Part shown: positions 1 through 13,831 of the stretch, in pieces
Position numbering within the stretch: the first letter of the stretch is position 1
Layout of the letters: each line of letters starts with the position of its first letter
Assembly (NCBI GenBank): GCA_043778225.1
Contig: JAYWGM010000098.1
Coordinates: forward strand, 1-62,536
From: Deinococcales bacterium
GTDB lineage: Bacteria; Deinococcota; Deinococci; Deinococcales; JAAFIG01
Length of the DNA stretch: 62,536 bases
Direction: 5' to 3'
Notes under the pieces: model-generated
Told to the model about the DNA's origin: nothing
Seen by the model: only the letters and a program-made list of their open reading frames with translations
The model's database searches: none
Position numbers and translations under genes: made by a program

Positions 1-97
1 CGGTCAAACTGTCGCTCAAGCGTTAATTCGGTCTTTTATCACTCCTTTTAGTCGGTTAATCAGTCAAAATACACAACTGATTAACATAACTTGGTAT
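1..97 (-). repeat. MITE-like repeat, ATACC-ended family, partial copy cut by the window edge
   Basis: Its reverse complement aligns with 44439-44613 once two inserts are removed. Internal hairpin GTTAATCAGT..ACTGATTAAC lies just downstream of gabT. Confidence 0.8.
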
Positions 98-102
98 GAT
101 TT

Positions 103-1422
103 CTATCCATAAACCTGAGCAAAAGCATCTCGTAAAATCCCAAAGCCCTGCTCAAGTTCAGCTTGGCTGGCATTGAGTGGCACAAGTATCCGAATCGCGT
201 TGCCGTACATTCCGCATTTTATTAAAATTAAACCCATCTCGAGCGCAACCGTACAAATTTTTGTGGCGCTGTCGGCATCTGGTTTTTTGCTGGTTCGGTC
301 TTTGACCAATTCAATTGCCATCATTGCACCAAGCCCACGAACTTCTCCAACCCCAGCGTATTGCAGTTCTAAGGCTTTAAGTTCAGACTCGAGGCGAATA
401 CCAAGTTGTTCGGCTTGGGTCAAAATTCCTTCTTCTTCAAAAACCTCGAGTACCGCCAGTCCAGCCGCACACGCCAATGGATTACCTGCATATGTGCCGC
501 CGAGTCCACCGGGGTGTGGTGCATCCATGATGTCGGCTCTTCCGGTGATGGCTGCCAAGGGTAAGCCACCGCCAATGCTTTTAGCAGTTGTGGTGATGTC
601 TGGGGTCACACCACTGTGTTCAATCGCAAACATTTTGCCCGTCCGTCCATAACCACATTGGATTTCATCATTGATAAAAAGAATGCCGTGCTTGGTGCAG
701 ATGTTGCGTAAAGAGCGCAGATAGGCGGCTGGAGCGGCATTAAAACCACCCTCACCCTGAACTGGTTCAATGATAATCGCGGCGACTTGGCTCGGGTCTA
801 TTTGGGTATGGAACAGCAACTCGAGTCCATCCAAAGCATCCTTGGTGCTGATGCCGTGGTACGGAATCGGAAACGGGGCTTTGTAGACTTCTGGGGCAAA
901 AGGTCCAAAGTTTTGTTTGTAGGGTTTTTGCTTACCTGTCAGGCTCATGCCCATCAGGGTACGCCCATGGAAGCTGTTGTCAAAACTGATAATTGCGGGG
1001 CGATTGGTAAAGGCTCGAGCAATTTTAATCGCGTTCTCGGTGGCTTCCGCACCGGTCGAGACAAAAAAAGTTTTATTGCTGTGTCCTTTTGCCACGGGTA
1101 TCAAGCCATTGAGTTTTTCGGCTAAACGAAGATAACTTTCGTATGCCACAACCTGAAAACAAGTGTGGGTAAACATCTCGAGTTGCTGCTTGATGGCTGC
1201 CACAACTTTAGGGTGAGCATGACCTGTATTGAGGACACCAATTCCACCCGCAAAATCAATAAAATGCTTGCCATCCACATCCCAAAGGCTTGCCCCCGAG
1301 GCTTTAGCTGCAAAAATGGGGGTTAAAGCAGAGACACCACGCGGAATGTGGCTATTGCGTAACTCGAGTAGGGCTTGATTTTGCGAGCTTGCCGATGCTG
1401 GTCGTTCTAGGATTGCTGTCAT
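103..1422 (-). CDS. gabT: 4-aminobutyrate--2-oxoglutarate transaminase (class III PLP aminotransferase)
   Basis: Motifs DFAGGIG, STGAEATENA, EPVQGEGG, DEIQCG, AKSIGGG, GGTYAGNP. Start moved to MTAIL at 1422 (GAGGT RBS); the upstream extension is a tandem repeat. Confidence 0.9.
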   Translation of the reverse strand: MTAILERPASASSQNQALLELRNSHIPRGVSALTPIFAAKASGASLWDVDGKHFIDFAGGIGVLNTGHAHPKVVAAIKQQLEMFTHTCFQVVAYESYLRLAEKLNGLIPVAKGHSNKTFFVSTGAEATENAIKIARAFTNRPAIISFDNSFHGRTLMGMSLTGKQKPYKQNFGPFAPEVYKAPFPIPYHGISTKDALDGLELLFHTQIDPSQVAAIIIEPVQGEGGFNAAPAAYLRSLRNICTKHGILFINDEIQCGYGRTGKMFAIEHSGVTPDITTTAKSIGGGLPLAAITGRADIMDAPHPGGLGGTYAGNPLACAAGLAVLEVFEEEGILTQAEQLGIRLESELKALELQYAGVGEVRGLGAMMAIELVKDRTSKKPDADSATKICTVALEMGLILIKCGMYGNAIRILVPLNASQAELEQGFGILRDAFAQVYG

Positions 1423-1430
1423 AAATACCT

Positions 1431-1482
1431 CGTGGAAGTGGACTGTCATTTTGACTTCGTGAAAGTGGACTGTCATTTTGAC
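1431..1482. repeat. Direct repeat (25-bp unit, 27-bp period) upstream of gabT
   Basis: CGTGGAAGTGGACTGTCATTTTGAC and CGTGAAAGTGGACTGTCATTTTGAC, one mismatch. Confidence 0.9.
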
Positions 1483-1630
1483 CTAATGGCGTTTGAGTTT
1501 GCTAACCCGAATTTGATTAGTCGTATAAATATACATTATTTTGCATAAGTATGCAGATTTTAACTCGTCTTACCACCGACGTGTCAATCGCTGCATCAAA
1601 AAATTAGAATTACTGTAATCACGATACTAT

Positions 1631-1846
1631 AGACCTCTTGCATAAATAATTTCCATCGCTGAAAACAGGATGATGACAAGCGTCACCCCTACAGACAATC
1701 GATTTTTGTAGGCGCGAACCTTGCGACCATGCCCGATAGGTGCGCGTTTATGGTCAAGAAGCGACCATGCCCGATAGGTGCGCGTTTATGGTCAAGAAGT
1801 GTTCGCCCTGCTAAAAATGAATGATTTGGACTTATGCAAGAGGTCT
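1631..1846. mobile_element. MITE-like element with 15-bp terminal inverted repeats, carrying REP-like palindromes and a tandem mini-element
   Basis: Perfect TIR AGACCTCTTGCATAA ... TTATGCAAGAGGTCT; two oppositely oriented GTAGG-starting palindromes inside. Confidence 0.75.
1723..1798 (+). repeat. Two tandem identical 38-bp hairpin mini-elements
   Basis: GCGACCATGCCCGATAGGTGCGCGTTTATGGTCAAGAA at 1723-1760 and 1761-1798. Confidence 0.95.
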
Positions 1847-1871
1847 TATTTATTCGAGCCAATGCCACACC

Positions 1872-2033
1872 CTAACCTACCGACTTGGGCGACTCGAGCC
1901 TTGAATTGGTTTTTCTTCGAGTGACCAAGAAATATAGTGGCACTGGCGGTGCGGCTGAGGCAATAAACAACCGTATTGATGAGCTTTTGATGAAAAACTC
2001 AAGAAGAGTAGCCCAATCCATCACACCACCCAT
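1872..2033 (-). CDS. Possible 53-aa small protein (not in ORF track)
   Basis: Open frame MGGVMDWATLLEFF... preceded by TATCAT-N6-ATG, the leaderless pattern seen at many genes here. No homology recognised. Confidence 0.25.
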   Translation of the reverse strand: MGGVMDWATLLEFFIKSSSIRLFIASAAPPVPLYFLVTRRKTNSRLESPKSVG

Positions 2034-2132
2034 GAGAAGATGATATTCTTTACTTTAAGGAGTCATCCCTAAAGTTATGCAAAGTATCTCTTTCAGCCGT
2101 TTGGCTGTGCAAATTTCCCCAAAGGAGTCATT

Positions 2133-3851
2133 ATGGATCAATTACTTATTGGTCTGCTTATTGGCGCTTTCATCGGGGCTGGAGTCATTTACGCCGTTCT
2201 CAATGCGAATTTTAAGCGCATTCTCGAGACTCGGAGCAATGCTGATACGGAAATTCGTGAAGCCGCGCAACGTGAAGCCGAAACCATCCGACGTGAAGCC
2301 GAAGCAGTTAAACTACAAGCCACCGCCGTTAAAGAAAAAGCTGAGTCCGATGCAGCCCGCATTAAGCAGGATGCTGAGTTACGCGCTCGAGATGATGCCC
2401 AAGCCTTTCAGAACAAGTTAGAAACCGAACTCAAGACCAAATTTGAACTCGAGGCAACTCGAGAGCGGGAAAACATTAAAGCCGATCGTGAAACCGTCAA
2501 GGCTGACCGTGATGCGCTGAAATCCGAACGTGATGGGTTGCGTTCTGAGCGTGAGGAACTGCGGCTCGAGGGCGAACGGCTTTCAAGGCGCGGTGAGCAA
2601 TTGGATATTCGGGTCAGTAAACTCGATGTACTCGAGGAAGCCTTGGAAACGGATAAGAAACGCAATGCCGAATTGCAACTCAGCTTGGAGCAAAAAATCC
2701 ATGAATCCGAACTTAAACTCTATGAGGTTGCTCAATTAACCCGCGAGGCTGCGGCTAAACAGATTCTCGAGAAGCTGGACGACGAACTCGAGGAAGAAAA
2801 AGTGGTGCGAATCCGCACCATGATGAACCGTGTCAATTTAGAAGTCAAACGCCAAAGCCAAAGCATTATCGCCCAAGCAATCCAACGCAGCGCCTCGGAA
2901 ACCACCGCCCAAATTAGTGTAAGCGTTGTGCCAATTCCGTCCGATGCGATGAAAGGCAGGATTATCGGGCGCGAAGGTCGAAATATCCGCGCTTTTGAGG
3001 CTTTGACGGGCGTGGATTTAATTATTGACGACACCCCCGAAGCTGTTATTTTAAGCAGCTTTAACCCAATTCGCCGTGAGGTTGCGGTCAAAGCCCTCGA
3101 GCAATTGGTTGGTGACGGACGGATTCATCCGACTCGAATCGAAGAAGTGGTACAAAAAGCCCAAGACGAAATGAAAACCTATATTCTCGAGCGCGGCGAA
3201 GAAGCCGCCATCGAAGCCAATGTGGTTGGACTCAAACCCGGTTTATTGCAACTCATGGGCAGGATGCACTTTCGCACCAGTTATGCCCAAAATGTGCTAA
3301 AACACAGCATTCAGGTGGCGCACTTAACTGGCATTATGGCAGCCGAACTGGGCTTAGATGCGGTCTTAGCGCGTCGGGCTGGATTGCTGCACGACATTGG
3401 CAAAAGCATAGACCGCGAAATCGAAGGCACACACGTGGACATTGGCATTACCCTCGCCAAACGCTTCGGTGAGCCATTTGAAGTGATTGACGCGATTGCT
3501 CACCACCACGACCCAGAGAATGGCGAAACAGTCTACAGTGTGTTGGCAGCCGCCGCCGATGCGATTAGCGCCGCACGTCCGGGCGCACGGCGCGAAGACC
3601 TCGAGACGTATGTTAAGCGCTTGCAGCAACTCGAGACCATCGCGGTTTCGTTTCCCGGTGTGGAAAATGCCTTTGCGATTCAAGCCGGACGTGAAGTGCG
3701 GGTGATTGTACAACCCGATAAGGTATCCGACAGCAAAGCCACAATGCTTGCCAGAGAAATTGCCACGCGCATTGAACAAGATATGGAATACCCCGGGCAA
3801 GTCCAAGTGACGGTAGTGCGTGAAATGCGGAGCGTTGAATACGCAAGGTAA
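2133..3851 (+). CDS. rny: Ribonuclease Y
   Basis: N-terminal TM, coiled coil, KH ([13 protein letters not shown]), HD domain (LLHDIGK), C-terminal [19 protein letters not shown]. Confidence 0.97.
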   Translation: MDQLLIGLLIGAFIGAGVIYAVLNANFKRILETRSNADTEIREAAQREAETIRREAEAVKLQATAVKEKAESDAARIKQDAELRARDDAQAFQNKLETELKTKFELEATRERENIKADRETVKADRDALKSERDGLRSEREELRLEGERLSRRGEQLDIRVSKLDVLEEALETDKKRNAELQLSLEQKIHESELKLYEVAQLTREAAAKQILEKLDDELEEEKVVRIRTMMNRVNLEVKRQSQSIIAQAIQRSASETTAQISVSVVPIPSDAMKGRIIGREGRNIRAFEALTGVDLIIDDTPEAVILSSFNPIRREVAVKALEQLVGDGRIHPTRIEEVVQKAQDEMKTYILERGEEAAIEANVVGLKPGLLQLMGRMHFRTSYAQNVLKHSIQVAHLTGIMAAELGLDAVLARRAGLLHDIGKSIDREIEGTHVDIGITLAKRFGEPFEVIDAIAHHHDPENGETVYSVLAAAADAISAARPGARREDLETYVKRLQQLETIAVSFPGVENAFAIQAGREVRVIVQPDKVSDSKATMLAREIATRIEQDMEYPGQVQVTVVREMRSVEYAR

Positions 3852-3856
3852 AGATT

Positions 3857-4627
3857 ATGATTCCAAAAATCCTCAAACCCCTCGAAGTTCAACTTGAGGG
3901 GTTTATGTTAAGTAAAATCACCATTGGTAAATCGGGAGCTGGTGTTTGGCAAGCCTCTCGAGACAAAACAAATTGGTTTATCAAAGCGCAAAAGAATACT
4001 GTTGATCTCGAGATTGAAGCCAACAAAATGCGTTGGTTTGCAGCTCAGGGCATTCAAGTCCCAACTGTGATTGATTACCTCGAGACAAGCAACACCGCTT
4101 TTTTGATTACTCAGGCGCTTACAGGTAAAGATGCCACCCAGTCAGATAACCCTCGAGCAACCGCAATCGCCATAGCACACTTCCTGCACCATTTGCACAG
4201 CCTAAAGCATAGAGATTGCCCATTTGACCGAACCCTCGATAATACCCTCCAGATTGCAAAGCACAACTTACTCAACGGCTTAGTGGATGAAGCAGATTTT
4301 GACCTAGCACGACTTGGTACGCCCGCCGTTCACCTCTATCAGCGATTACTCGAGCAACGTCCAACCAATGAAGATTTGGTGCTAACTCATGGCGATTTTT
4401 GCTTACCAAACATCATTATCGAGAAAAACAGTGTTGTAGGCGTGATTGACCTTGGGCGTGCAGGCATCGCTGACCGTTACCAAGATATTGCTTTAATTCT
4501 CCGCAGTATGGCAAGCAAGATGAACCCAAGCTTTCATGGCTGCACCGACATTTTTACCTACGAGTATGGTATTGACCTCGAGTCAGACAAGCTCGAGTAT
4601 TACTGTTTACTGGACGAATTTTTCTGA
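3857..4627 (+). CDS. APH(3')-family aminoglycoside O-phosphotransferase
   Basis: GKSGA loop, HGDFCLPNII, IDLGRAGIADRYQD, C-terminal YYCLLDEFF. Confidence 0.88.
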   Translation: MIPKILKPLEVQLEGFMLSKITIGKSGAGVWQASRDKTNWFIKAQKNTVDLEIEANKMRWFAAQGIQVPTVIDYLETSNTAFLITQALTGKDATQSDNPRATAIAIAHFLHHLHSLKHRDCPFDRTLDNTLQIAKHNLLNGLVDEADFDLARLGTPAVHLYQRLLEQRPTNEDLVLTHGDFCLPNIIIEKNSVVGVIDLGRAGIADRYQDIALILRSMASKMNPSFHGCTDIFTYEYGIDLESDKLEYYCLLDEFF

Positions 4628-4684
4628 TGTTTATTAGGGCTGCGCGACAGTTTTAGCAGATGAAATTCTGTTCTTCGCACAGCA

Positions 4685-4981
4685 TTATTTCCAACCTCGA
4701 AATTGGTAGTACCGCTCTTTGGGTTCTCCTGTTAGACCATGAATTCCATGTTTAGGTAAATACCAACCATGAATCACCAAGACCAAACCTATCAGTGAAG
4801 CCAAAAACACATAGAACCATATCCGACCTGCAAGTGCTGAAATGGCAATTGAGAGACTCCAAAAGAGCAGTATCTTGATGACTTTGCGTGATTTTGGAGT
4901 GCGCTCTTCAAAGTGTCCAAAGAAAATGTTTCCAATGGCAAATATGCTGCTGATAATCGCAATTTCAAACCAGTAATCCAT
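4685..4981 (-). CDS. Small membrane protein of unknown function
   Basis: Three hydrophobic segments; GAGG RBS upstream. Confidence 0.75.
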   Translation of the reverse strand: MDYWFEIAIISSIFAIGNIFFGHFEERTPKSRKVIKILLFWSLSIAISALAGRIWFYVFLASLIGLVLVIHGWYLPKHGIHGLTGEPKERYYQFRGWK

Positions 4982-4995
4982 TTAGACCTCTTGTA

Positions 4996-5031
4996 TTAGT
5001 CATACCTAAATTATAATTTAGGTATGACTAA
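4996..5031. repeat. Perfect 36-bp loop-less palindrome
   Basis: TTAGTCATACCTAAATTA|TAATTTAGGTATGACTAA, next to a lone AGACCTCTTG TIR copy at 4984-4993. Confidence 0.9.
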
Positions 5032-5148
5032 ATTTCTAGGGACTTTTGAGTTGTATTTCTTTATGCTCGAGAAAAAAGAAATACAAGAAAGTTCAAATGT
5101 ATTTATAGGCGCTCGAGATTCAGTTTGCACCTTGACACATTGTCAAAG

Positions 5149-5943
5149 TCAAGGGCTGTGAATAAATTCCTGCACCGCATCCTCGAGACTGATTTGGTTG
5201 GCATCCACTGTCGTTAAATACTGCTGCAAAAACCTGACCAGAAAACCTTTGCCCTGCACAAACTCGAGCCTGAGCAAATGCCCAAGCGCACCGATTTCTT
5301 GCACATACGCATTGCTAAAATCTGCCAAAGCGGCTTGGCGGTCATACACCACAAACCGAGGCTCGAGTGACCAAGTTGTAGTCTGTGTCAAAATCGCATA
5401 CTGGGCTTCTAATCGCCCACCAAGCGGTAAGCCAGCCGACTCGAGACTCCAAAGTTGGCGGTTATCCCAATGCTTTTCAAACCACTTATGGTTATGTCCA
5501 CGTACAATAAACGGCTCGGTTGTATTTTCAAACATGGCGCGGAGGTCTTCGGTACTCGAGTCAACAAAAATACTTTCAGACAGGCTTTTTGGCGTTGCAT
5601 GGGTAATCAGTAAATCAGATCGGTGCAAAACTCGAGGCAGGGTTCGCATCATCTCGAGGTCAGTCTGGCTAAACTGAGCTTGTGTCCATCGGACACTCTG
5701 AAAACGTTCTTGATGAAGCGTTTCTGTACTGCCCACCGAATAAACATATTCTTCATGATTGCCTTGCAGCACCACACAACCAAGCGACATCACCAGTTCA
5801 AAACATTTTCTCGAGTTTGGATGGATATTGACGGTATCGCCAGCGATGATAATTTCATCCACGCCTTGGGATTTAACATCCTCGAGTATGGCTTCGAGCG
5901 CATGGATATTGCCGTGAATGTCTGAAATAACCGCGATTCGCAT
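5149..5943 (-). CDS. Calcineurin-like metallophosphoesterase
   Basis: SDIHGN, GD, GNHE and GHNH motifs. Confidence 0.9.
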   Translation of the reverse strand: MRIAVISDIHGNIHALEAILEDVKSQGVDEIIIAGDTVNIHPNSRKCFELVMSLGCVVLQGNHEEYVYSVGSTETLHQERFQSVRWTQAQFSQTDLEMMRTLPRVLHRSDLLITHATPKSLSESIFVDSSTEDLRAMFENTTEPFIVRGHNHKWFEKHWDNRQLWSLESAGLPLGGRLEAQYAILTQTTTWSLEPRFVVYDRQAALADFSNAYVQEIGALGHLLRLEFVQGKGFLVRFLQQYLTTVDANQISLEDAVQEFIHSP

Positions 5944-5944
5944 A

Positions 5945-9163
<3,219 letters not shown>

Positions 9164-9167
<4 letters not shown>

Positions 9168-10081
9168 AAATCTAGACCCGCCAAAGTTCTTAATTTTGCA
9201 ATGGTTTGTACAATCAGTAGCCCTTCCTGAACACCGCTTTTAGGGGCAATTCCGCCCTGTAGAAAACCAACAAATTCTTTAAGCTCGGCAAGCAACGGCA
9301 TATTTTTACCAACCACACGTTGTTCTGTACTTGGGCTGGACTGCCGAATATTTCCTCGGTCTTGAATAACTGTAATAAAATCATCATAACCGTCTTCTAA
9401 TTCGGCATACCCCCATTGGCAATGCAAAACAAAACGGCGCTTATAATTTACAAAACGAGCTGAAACCTCCATACTCAGCCAAGGCTTTTGCCCCAACAAT
9501 GCCCGCAAGGAAACCGATTCGCCCGTCACCTCAGCAACCGCCGCCATTGGCTCAGGAATATGCCCAAGAATCTCGAGCGCAATGGATAAATCATGCGGTG
9601 CTAGAATCCAGATTGCATCTGTATCCAAATGCGGATTACCCCAACCGACTCGAGTCGTGGTCAGCCCAAGAACCTCCCCCAATTCACCTGAACGAGCCAG
9701 TTCTGCCAAAGCCAGAATTCCAGCATGATAGCGCCATTTATCCATCACAAAGACCTGTCCCGTGCCAAGATTAGCTATTTTTTTGGCACTTGAAACTGCA
9801 TTGGTCATTGGCTTTTCTACAAAAATCGGCTTATTAAAAGGTAGCAATTGCTCGAGAATTTCGCCATGGGTCGTGGTTGGTGTAGCAACCACAAAACCAT
9901 TCACGTCAGACATCTCGGACAGGCTTTTCACAATCCGCGTGGCATTGTTCTGCTTGGCACGTTCAATACTCTCAGCAGACCTCACCAGTACGCTAACTTC
10001 ACAGCCTAGACTGCATAAATCGCGTAATATAAATTGCCCCCAGCGTCCGCAACCAATCAAACCGATATGAGGTATGTTCAT
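9164..10081 (-). CDS. Gfo/Idh/MocA family oxidoreductase
   Basis: GCGRWG Rossmann motif, VEKPM, LAPHD. Confidence 0.88.
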
Positions 10082-10105
10082 GAATTCCTATCGTATACTG
10101 TTGAC

Positions 10106-11044
10106 ATGAGTCGGGTGGACAGTCCACAAATTTCGGTCATTATTGCAACGTATAATTCTAGCCAAACGCTCAAGTATACAATTCTAAGCGTACTTAACCA
10201 AGATTTCCAAGATTTTGAAATTTGGATTGTGGGCGATGGTTGCACTGATAATTCAGCTGAAATTGTGGCTGGTTTTCAAGATGCTCGAGTCTACTGGCAT
10301 AACTTACCTGTCAATAGTGGAAACCCTGCCGATGCAAATAATTTTGGCTGTTCCCAAGCCAAAGGACAGTACATTGCTACACTTGGACACGATGATTTGT
10401 GGTTTCCATGGCATCTGAGCCGAAACCTTGATTATCTAAAAAGTACAAATGCCGATTTAGTACACTCGATGGTTGCCTATTTTAGTCCAGAGGGCTTCCA
10501 ATATATTTATGGTCCAATTCCACACACAAGAACCCGAGCTAACATGGGGTCGCCCTGTTCTTCGTGGTTATACAAAAAAGGACTTGAAACATGGCAAGCA
10601 AATCCTTACCTCAATCTCGGCATTGATTCTGATTTTTGGTTTCGAGTGGTAAAAAAAGGTAAAAGAATTGAATTGCTCGAGTCCTTGAATGTCATTAAAT
10701 TTCCTTCTCACGATTGGAATCTATATGGAAAACAGCAAAATACGCCAATACAAGCCGAATTTTTAGCAAAGATAGAAGCCGATTCAGTCAAATTGTATCA
10801 CTCTATACTGTTACAAGCCGCAATAGCCCTAGCACGGTCTCAAAACGAAGTATTGCCAATCCACCAAACGATGCGAAAAGCTTTTCGGAAAATCATCCAT
10901 CGTATCATTCTTGATTATGGATGGAACACCTTTCCACTCTCGATTATTCTTGCATGGTATTTACGTTATATACGCCAAAAAATACGAATCAAGCGCGGCT
11001 TAGAACACCAAGAATTGGCAATTCGGCAACCAAAAAAAACTTAA
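10106..11044 (+). CDS. Family 2 glycosyltransferase
   Basis: SVIIATYN, GDGCTD, GHDDLW; start at MSRVD after TATACT-N6. Confidence 0.88.
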   Translation: MSRVDSPQISVIIATYNSSQTLKYTILSVLNQDFQDFEIWIVGDGCTDNSAEIVAGFQDARVYWHNLPVNSGNPADANNFGCSQAKGQYIATLGHDDLWFPWHLSRNLDYLKSTNADLVHSMVAYFSPEGFQYIYGPIPHTRTRANMGSPCSSWLYKKGLETWQANPYLNLGIDSDFWFRVVKKGKRIELLESLNVIKFPSHDWNLYGKQQNTPIQAEFLAKIEADSVKLYHSILLQAAIALARSQNEVLPIHQTMRKAFRKIIHRIILDYGWNTFPLSIILAWYLRYIRQKIRIKRGLEHQELAIRQPKKT

Positions 11045-11811
11045 ACTGACTCAAGCCACGGCAGAATCTCGAGCAGTTCTTTACACTCGAGGTCTGCTTG
11101 AACGGTCTTGGGCTTAAAGCCACGGTCTAGCCAGACAGTTTTCATCCCAGCGTTCTTTCCACCTTGGACATCGCGCTCTGCGTTATCGCCTACCATAACG
11201 CAATGCTCGAGCGGCACATCCAGTTCGTTCGCCACCCAATCAAAAATTCCTTTTTCGGGTTTGCCTATTGCCACCTCGCCAGAAATCGCTACCGCCTCGA
11301 ACCAAGTCTCGAGTCCCGAGCCATGCCATTTTTTGCGTTGCAAGGCTGCAATTCCGTTGGTCACAATACCCAGTTTGTACTTGCCGTATAAGCTCGAGAG
11401 TAATTCGTCGGCATCGGGATAAAGCGGGTATCTCGAGCGCAAAGCTGTCCAACGTTCGGAGAGTTCGACCGCATCGGCATCCAAATCGGTTTCCTCGAGT
11501 GCTTCTAGCCACGCTAAAATTCGGATTCGGTTCATTTCGGTCTCGAGAATCCGTTCTGGCTCGATGGCAGCGTTATAATCTGCCCATAAACCCTCGAGCG
11601 CACTGTGACCAATGCGCTTAGCATACTCGAGTGCGAGGGGCGGCATGGTTAGCCACAGCCGCTTGGCGTGAGCCTCAGCAGCCAGCGCCAAAGCTATGGC
11701 TTTTTGTGGGTCTCGAGTCACGGTTAAAGCCGTGATTCTAAAAGCGTGGCGCACCACAGGTTCATCCAAGATCAGGGTTTCGTCCAAGTCGAATAAAATA
11801 GCTTCAATCAT
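11041..11811 (-). CDS. HAD-family hydrolase
   Basis: FDLDETL, TNG, KP, GDNAERD. Confidence 0.9.
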   Translation of the reverse strand: MIEAILFDLDETLILDEPVVRHAFRITALTVTRDPQKAIALALAAEAHAKRLWLTMPPLALEYAKRIGHSALEGLWADYNAAIEPERILETEMNRIRILAWLEALEETDLDADAVELSERWTALRSRYPLYPDADELLSSLYGKYKLGIVTNGIAALQRKKWHGSGLETWFEAVAISGEVAIGKPEKGIFDWVANELDVPLEHCVMVGDNAERDVQGGKNAGMKTVWLDRGFKPKTVQADLECKELLEILPWLESV

Positions 11812-12027
11812 TTACCCACGCCCAGAAGTGAACAACAAGTTCAGCAAGAAAAACACCGCCACAATTCCACCAACCACCAGCAGTAAATGCGGCAAAATAA
11901 TGCTGTAGGCGGCTAAAGTCAATGCCACAAAATCCTTAAAATCGGTTTTGAGTGGCACGACATCATCCGAAGTTTCGGTGATTGGCGAATCGTTGCGGTA
12001 CACGCCTTGGGGTAAGTCTTCTTTCAT
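11812..12027 (-). CDS. Small membrane protein
   Basis: C-terminal hydrophobic helix, abuts the HAD gene, TAAAAT-N6-ATG. Confidence 0.65.
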   Translation of the reverse strand: MKEDLPQGVYRNDSPITETSDDVVPLKTDFKDFVALTLAAYSIILPHLLLVVGGIVAVFFLLNLLFTSGRG

Positions 12028-12096
12028 GGCTTTATTTTACGCTTTCTCGAACCAAAAGTGACACACGCCTTGGGGTCTCTCGAGTAAACTAATTCC

Positions 12097-13329
12097 ATGT
12101 TTGAAATTACGCGCCGTAAAACTGTGGCTGTCAACATTGGTGGAATCATGATGGGCAGCGACCACCCAATTGTGGTGCAGAGCATGACCAACACCGACAC
12201 CGCCGATGCCGTCAAAACCGCTTCGCAAGTGATTGAATTAGCGGCGGCTGGCTCGGAAATTGTGCGAATTACGGTCAATAACAAAGAAGCCGCCGAGAAA
12301 GTCCCAGAGATTAAACAACGCATCGAAGACGCTGGGTTTCCTGTGCCATTGGTCGGCGATTTTCATTACAACGGACATATTTTGCTGCGCGAGTACCCAG
12401 AAACGGCTCGAGCTTTGGCAAAGTACCGAATTAACCCCGGCAACGTTGGCGTTGGCAAAAAACACGATGATAATTTTAGAACCATGATTGAAGTGGCTGC
12501 CAGTTTTGACCGTCCAGTGCGAATTGGTGTCAATTGGGGCAGCCTAGACCAAGCGATGGTGATTCGGATGATGGACGAAAACACCAAAAACGGTGGAATC
12601 CTCAGTGCCGAAGCAATCATGATTAACGCGATGCTCGAGAGCGCCATCTCGAGTGCCGAAATGGCGGAAAATTATGGGCTAGGCAAAGATAAAATTATCA
12701 TCAGTACCAAAATTTCTAACGCCCCAATGCTCTGGAATGTCTACCAGCGCTTGTCAGCTGCTTGCGATTACGCGCTGCATCTGGGCTTAACCGAAGCGGG
12801 CATGGGTACAAAAGGCATTGCTGCCTCGAGTGTCGCCCTTGCGCCGTTACTTGCCCAAGGCATCGGCGATACGATTCGGGTCAGCCTGACCCCAGAACCC
12901 GGCGCAAGCCGTAAACTCGAGGTTGAAGTCGCCAAACAAATTTTGCAAGCCGTTGGCGCACGGTTTTTTAGTCCACAAGTCACGGCTTGCCCGGGCTGTG
13001 GACGCACCACCAGCAGCTTTTTTCAAGTTTTAGCCCAAGATATTCAAGTCAGTCTGGACTCGAGCATGGCAACGTGGAAAAAAACCCATCCGGGGGTGGA
13101 AAACATGACGGTTGCCGTCATGGGTTGTGTGGTCAACGGACCCGGTGAATCTAAGCACGCCAACATCGGTATTAGTTTACCCGGCACTGGCGAAGAACCA
13201 AAAGCCCCAGTCTACCGCGATGGGGCGCTGGTCACGACCTTGAAAGGCGCACATATCGCCGAGGAATTTATGGGCATGGTGGCAGAATACGTCGAGAATC
13301 GGTATGGGAACTCATCTGTTTTGTCTTAA
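12097..13329 (+). CDS. ispG: (E)-4-hydroxy-3-methylbut-2-enyl-diphosphate synthase
   Basis: [38 protein letters not shown]. Confidence 0.97.
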   Translation: MFEITRRKTVAVNIGGIMMGSDHPIVVQSMTNTDTADAVKTASQVIELAAAGSEIVRITVNNKEAAEKVPEIKQRIEDAGFPVPLVGDFHYNGHILLREYPETARALAKYRINPGNVGVGKKHDDNFRTMIEVAASFDRPVRIGVNWGSLDQAMVIRMMDENTKNGGILSAEAIMINAMLESAISSAEMAENYGLGKDKIIISTKISNAPMLWNVYQRLSAACDYALHLGLTEAGMGTKGIAASSVALAPLLAQGIGDTIRVSLTPEPGASRKLEVEVAKQILQAVGARFFSPQVTACPGCGRTTSSFFQVLAQDIQVSLDSSMATWKKTHPGVENMTVAVMGCVVNGPGESKHANIGISLPGTGEEPKAPVYRDGALVTTLKGAHIAEEFMGMVAEYVENRYGNSSVLS

Positions 13330-13339
13330 AATAGAGCCG

Positions 13340-13825
13340 ATGACTTTACTTTCAACGAGCTTACTTGAACGTGCCAATGAAGTCGGGATACGTCTTGAGA
13401 TGATCAACGGTATCCCAATCTGGGAAGCCAGTCCCGCTGTCTTGCATCAACGGGAATCGTACCGCATTCAGCAGACCATTAAGCAGCTTGGAGAATGTGG
13501 TTGTTTTCATGTAGCCGACGTTTATGTAAAGTTTTCAGATGATTCAATCAAACGCCCTGACATCAGTATTTTTTGTCGTGAACCAGATGAACTTGACGAG
13601 GCAGTAACACTTTTACCTGAAGCTGTTATTGAAATTATCTCCAAGGGTTATGAAAAAAAAGATAAGGAGCTTGCTCCAAAATTCTACATTGATAATGGCG
13701 TAAAGGACATTCTTGTATTTGACCCTCGGAGCTTAGAAATCTGGCATCACACAGCCAACGGAACTCGAGAATTCACTTCACCGACTGCATTTATACTTGA
13801 GTGTGGTTGTGGTGTTGAAATCTAA
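13340..13825 (+). CDS. Uma2-family (PD-(D/E)xK) endonuclease
   Basis: RPDISI, PEAVIEIISK; paralog of 24355-24858. Confidence 0.85.
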   Translation: MTLLSTSLLERANEVGIRLEMINGIPIWEASPAVLHQRESYRIQQTIKQLGECGCFHVADVYVKFSDDSIKRPDISIFCREPDELDEAVTLLPEAVIEIISKGYEKKDKELAPKFYIDNGVKDILVFDPRSLEIWHHTANGTREFTSPTAFILECGCGVEI

Positions 13826-13831
13826 AGCATC

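Noticed and set aside
1423..1476. N-terminal extension of GabT (and similar extensions of LigA, AtpB and MoaD in the ORF track)
   Set aside because: These come from upstream in-frame codons; RBS or -10 positions and family N-termini point to the downstream starts.
1723..1798. 38-bp repeats as a CRISPR array
   Set aside because: Copies are directly adjacent with no spacer, are dispersed inside other repeats, and no cas genes are in the window.
2400..2720. Heptad repeats in RNase Y
   Set aside because: Normal coiled-coil stalk of this family.
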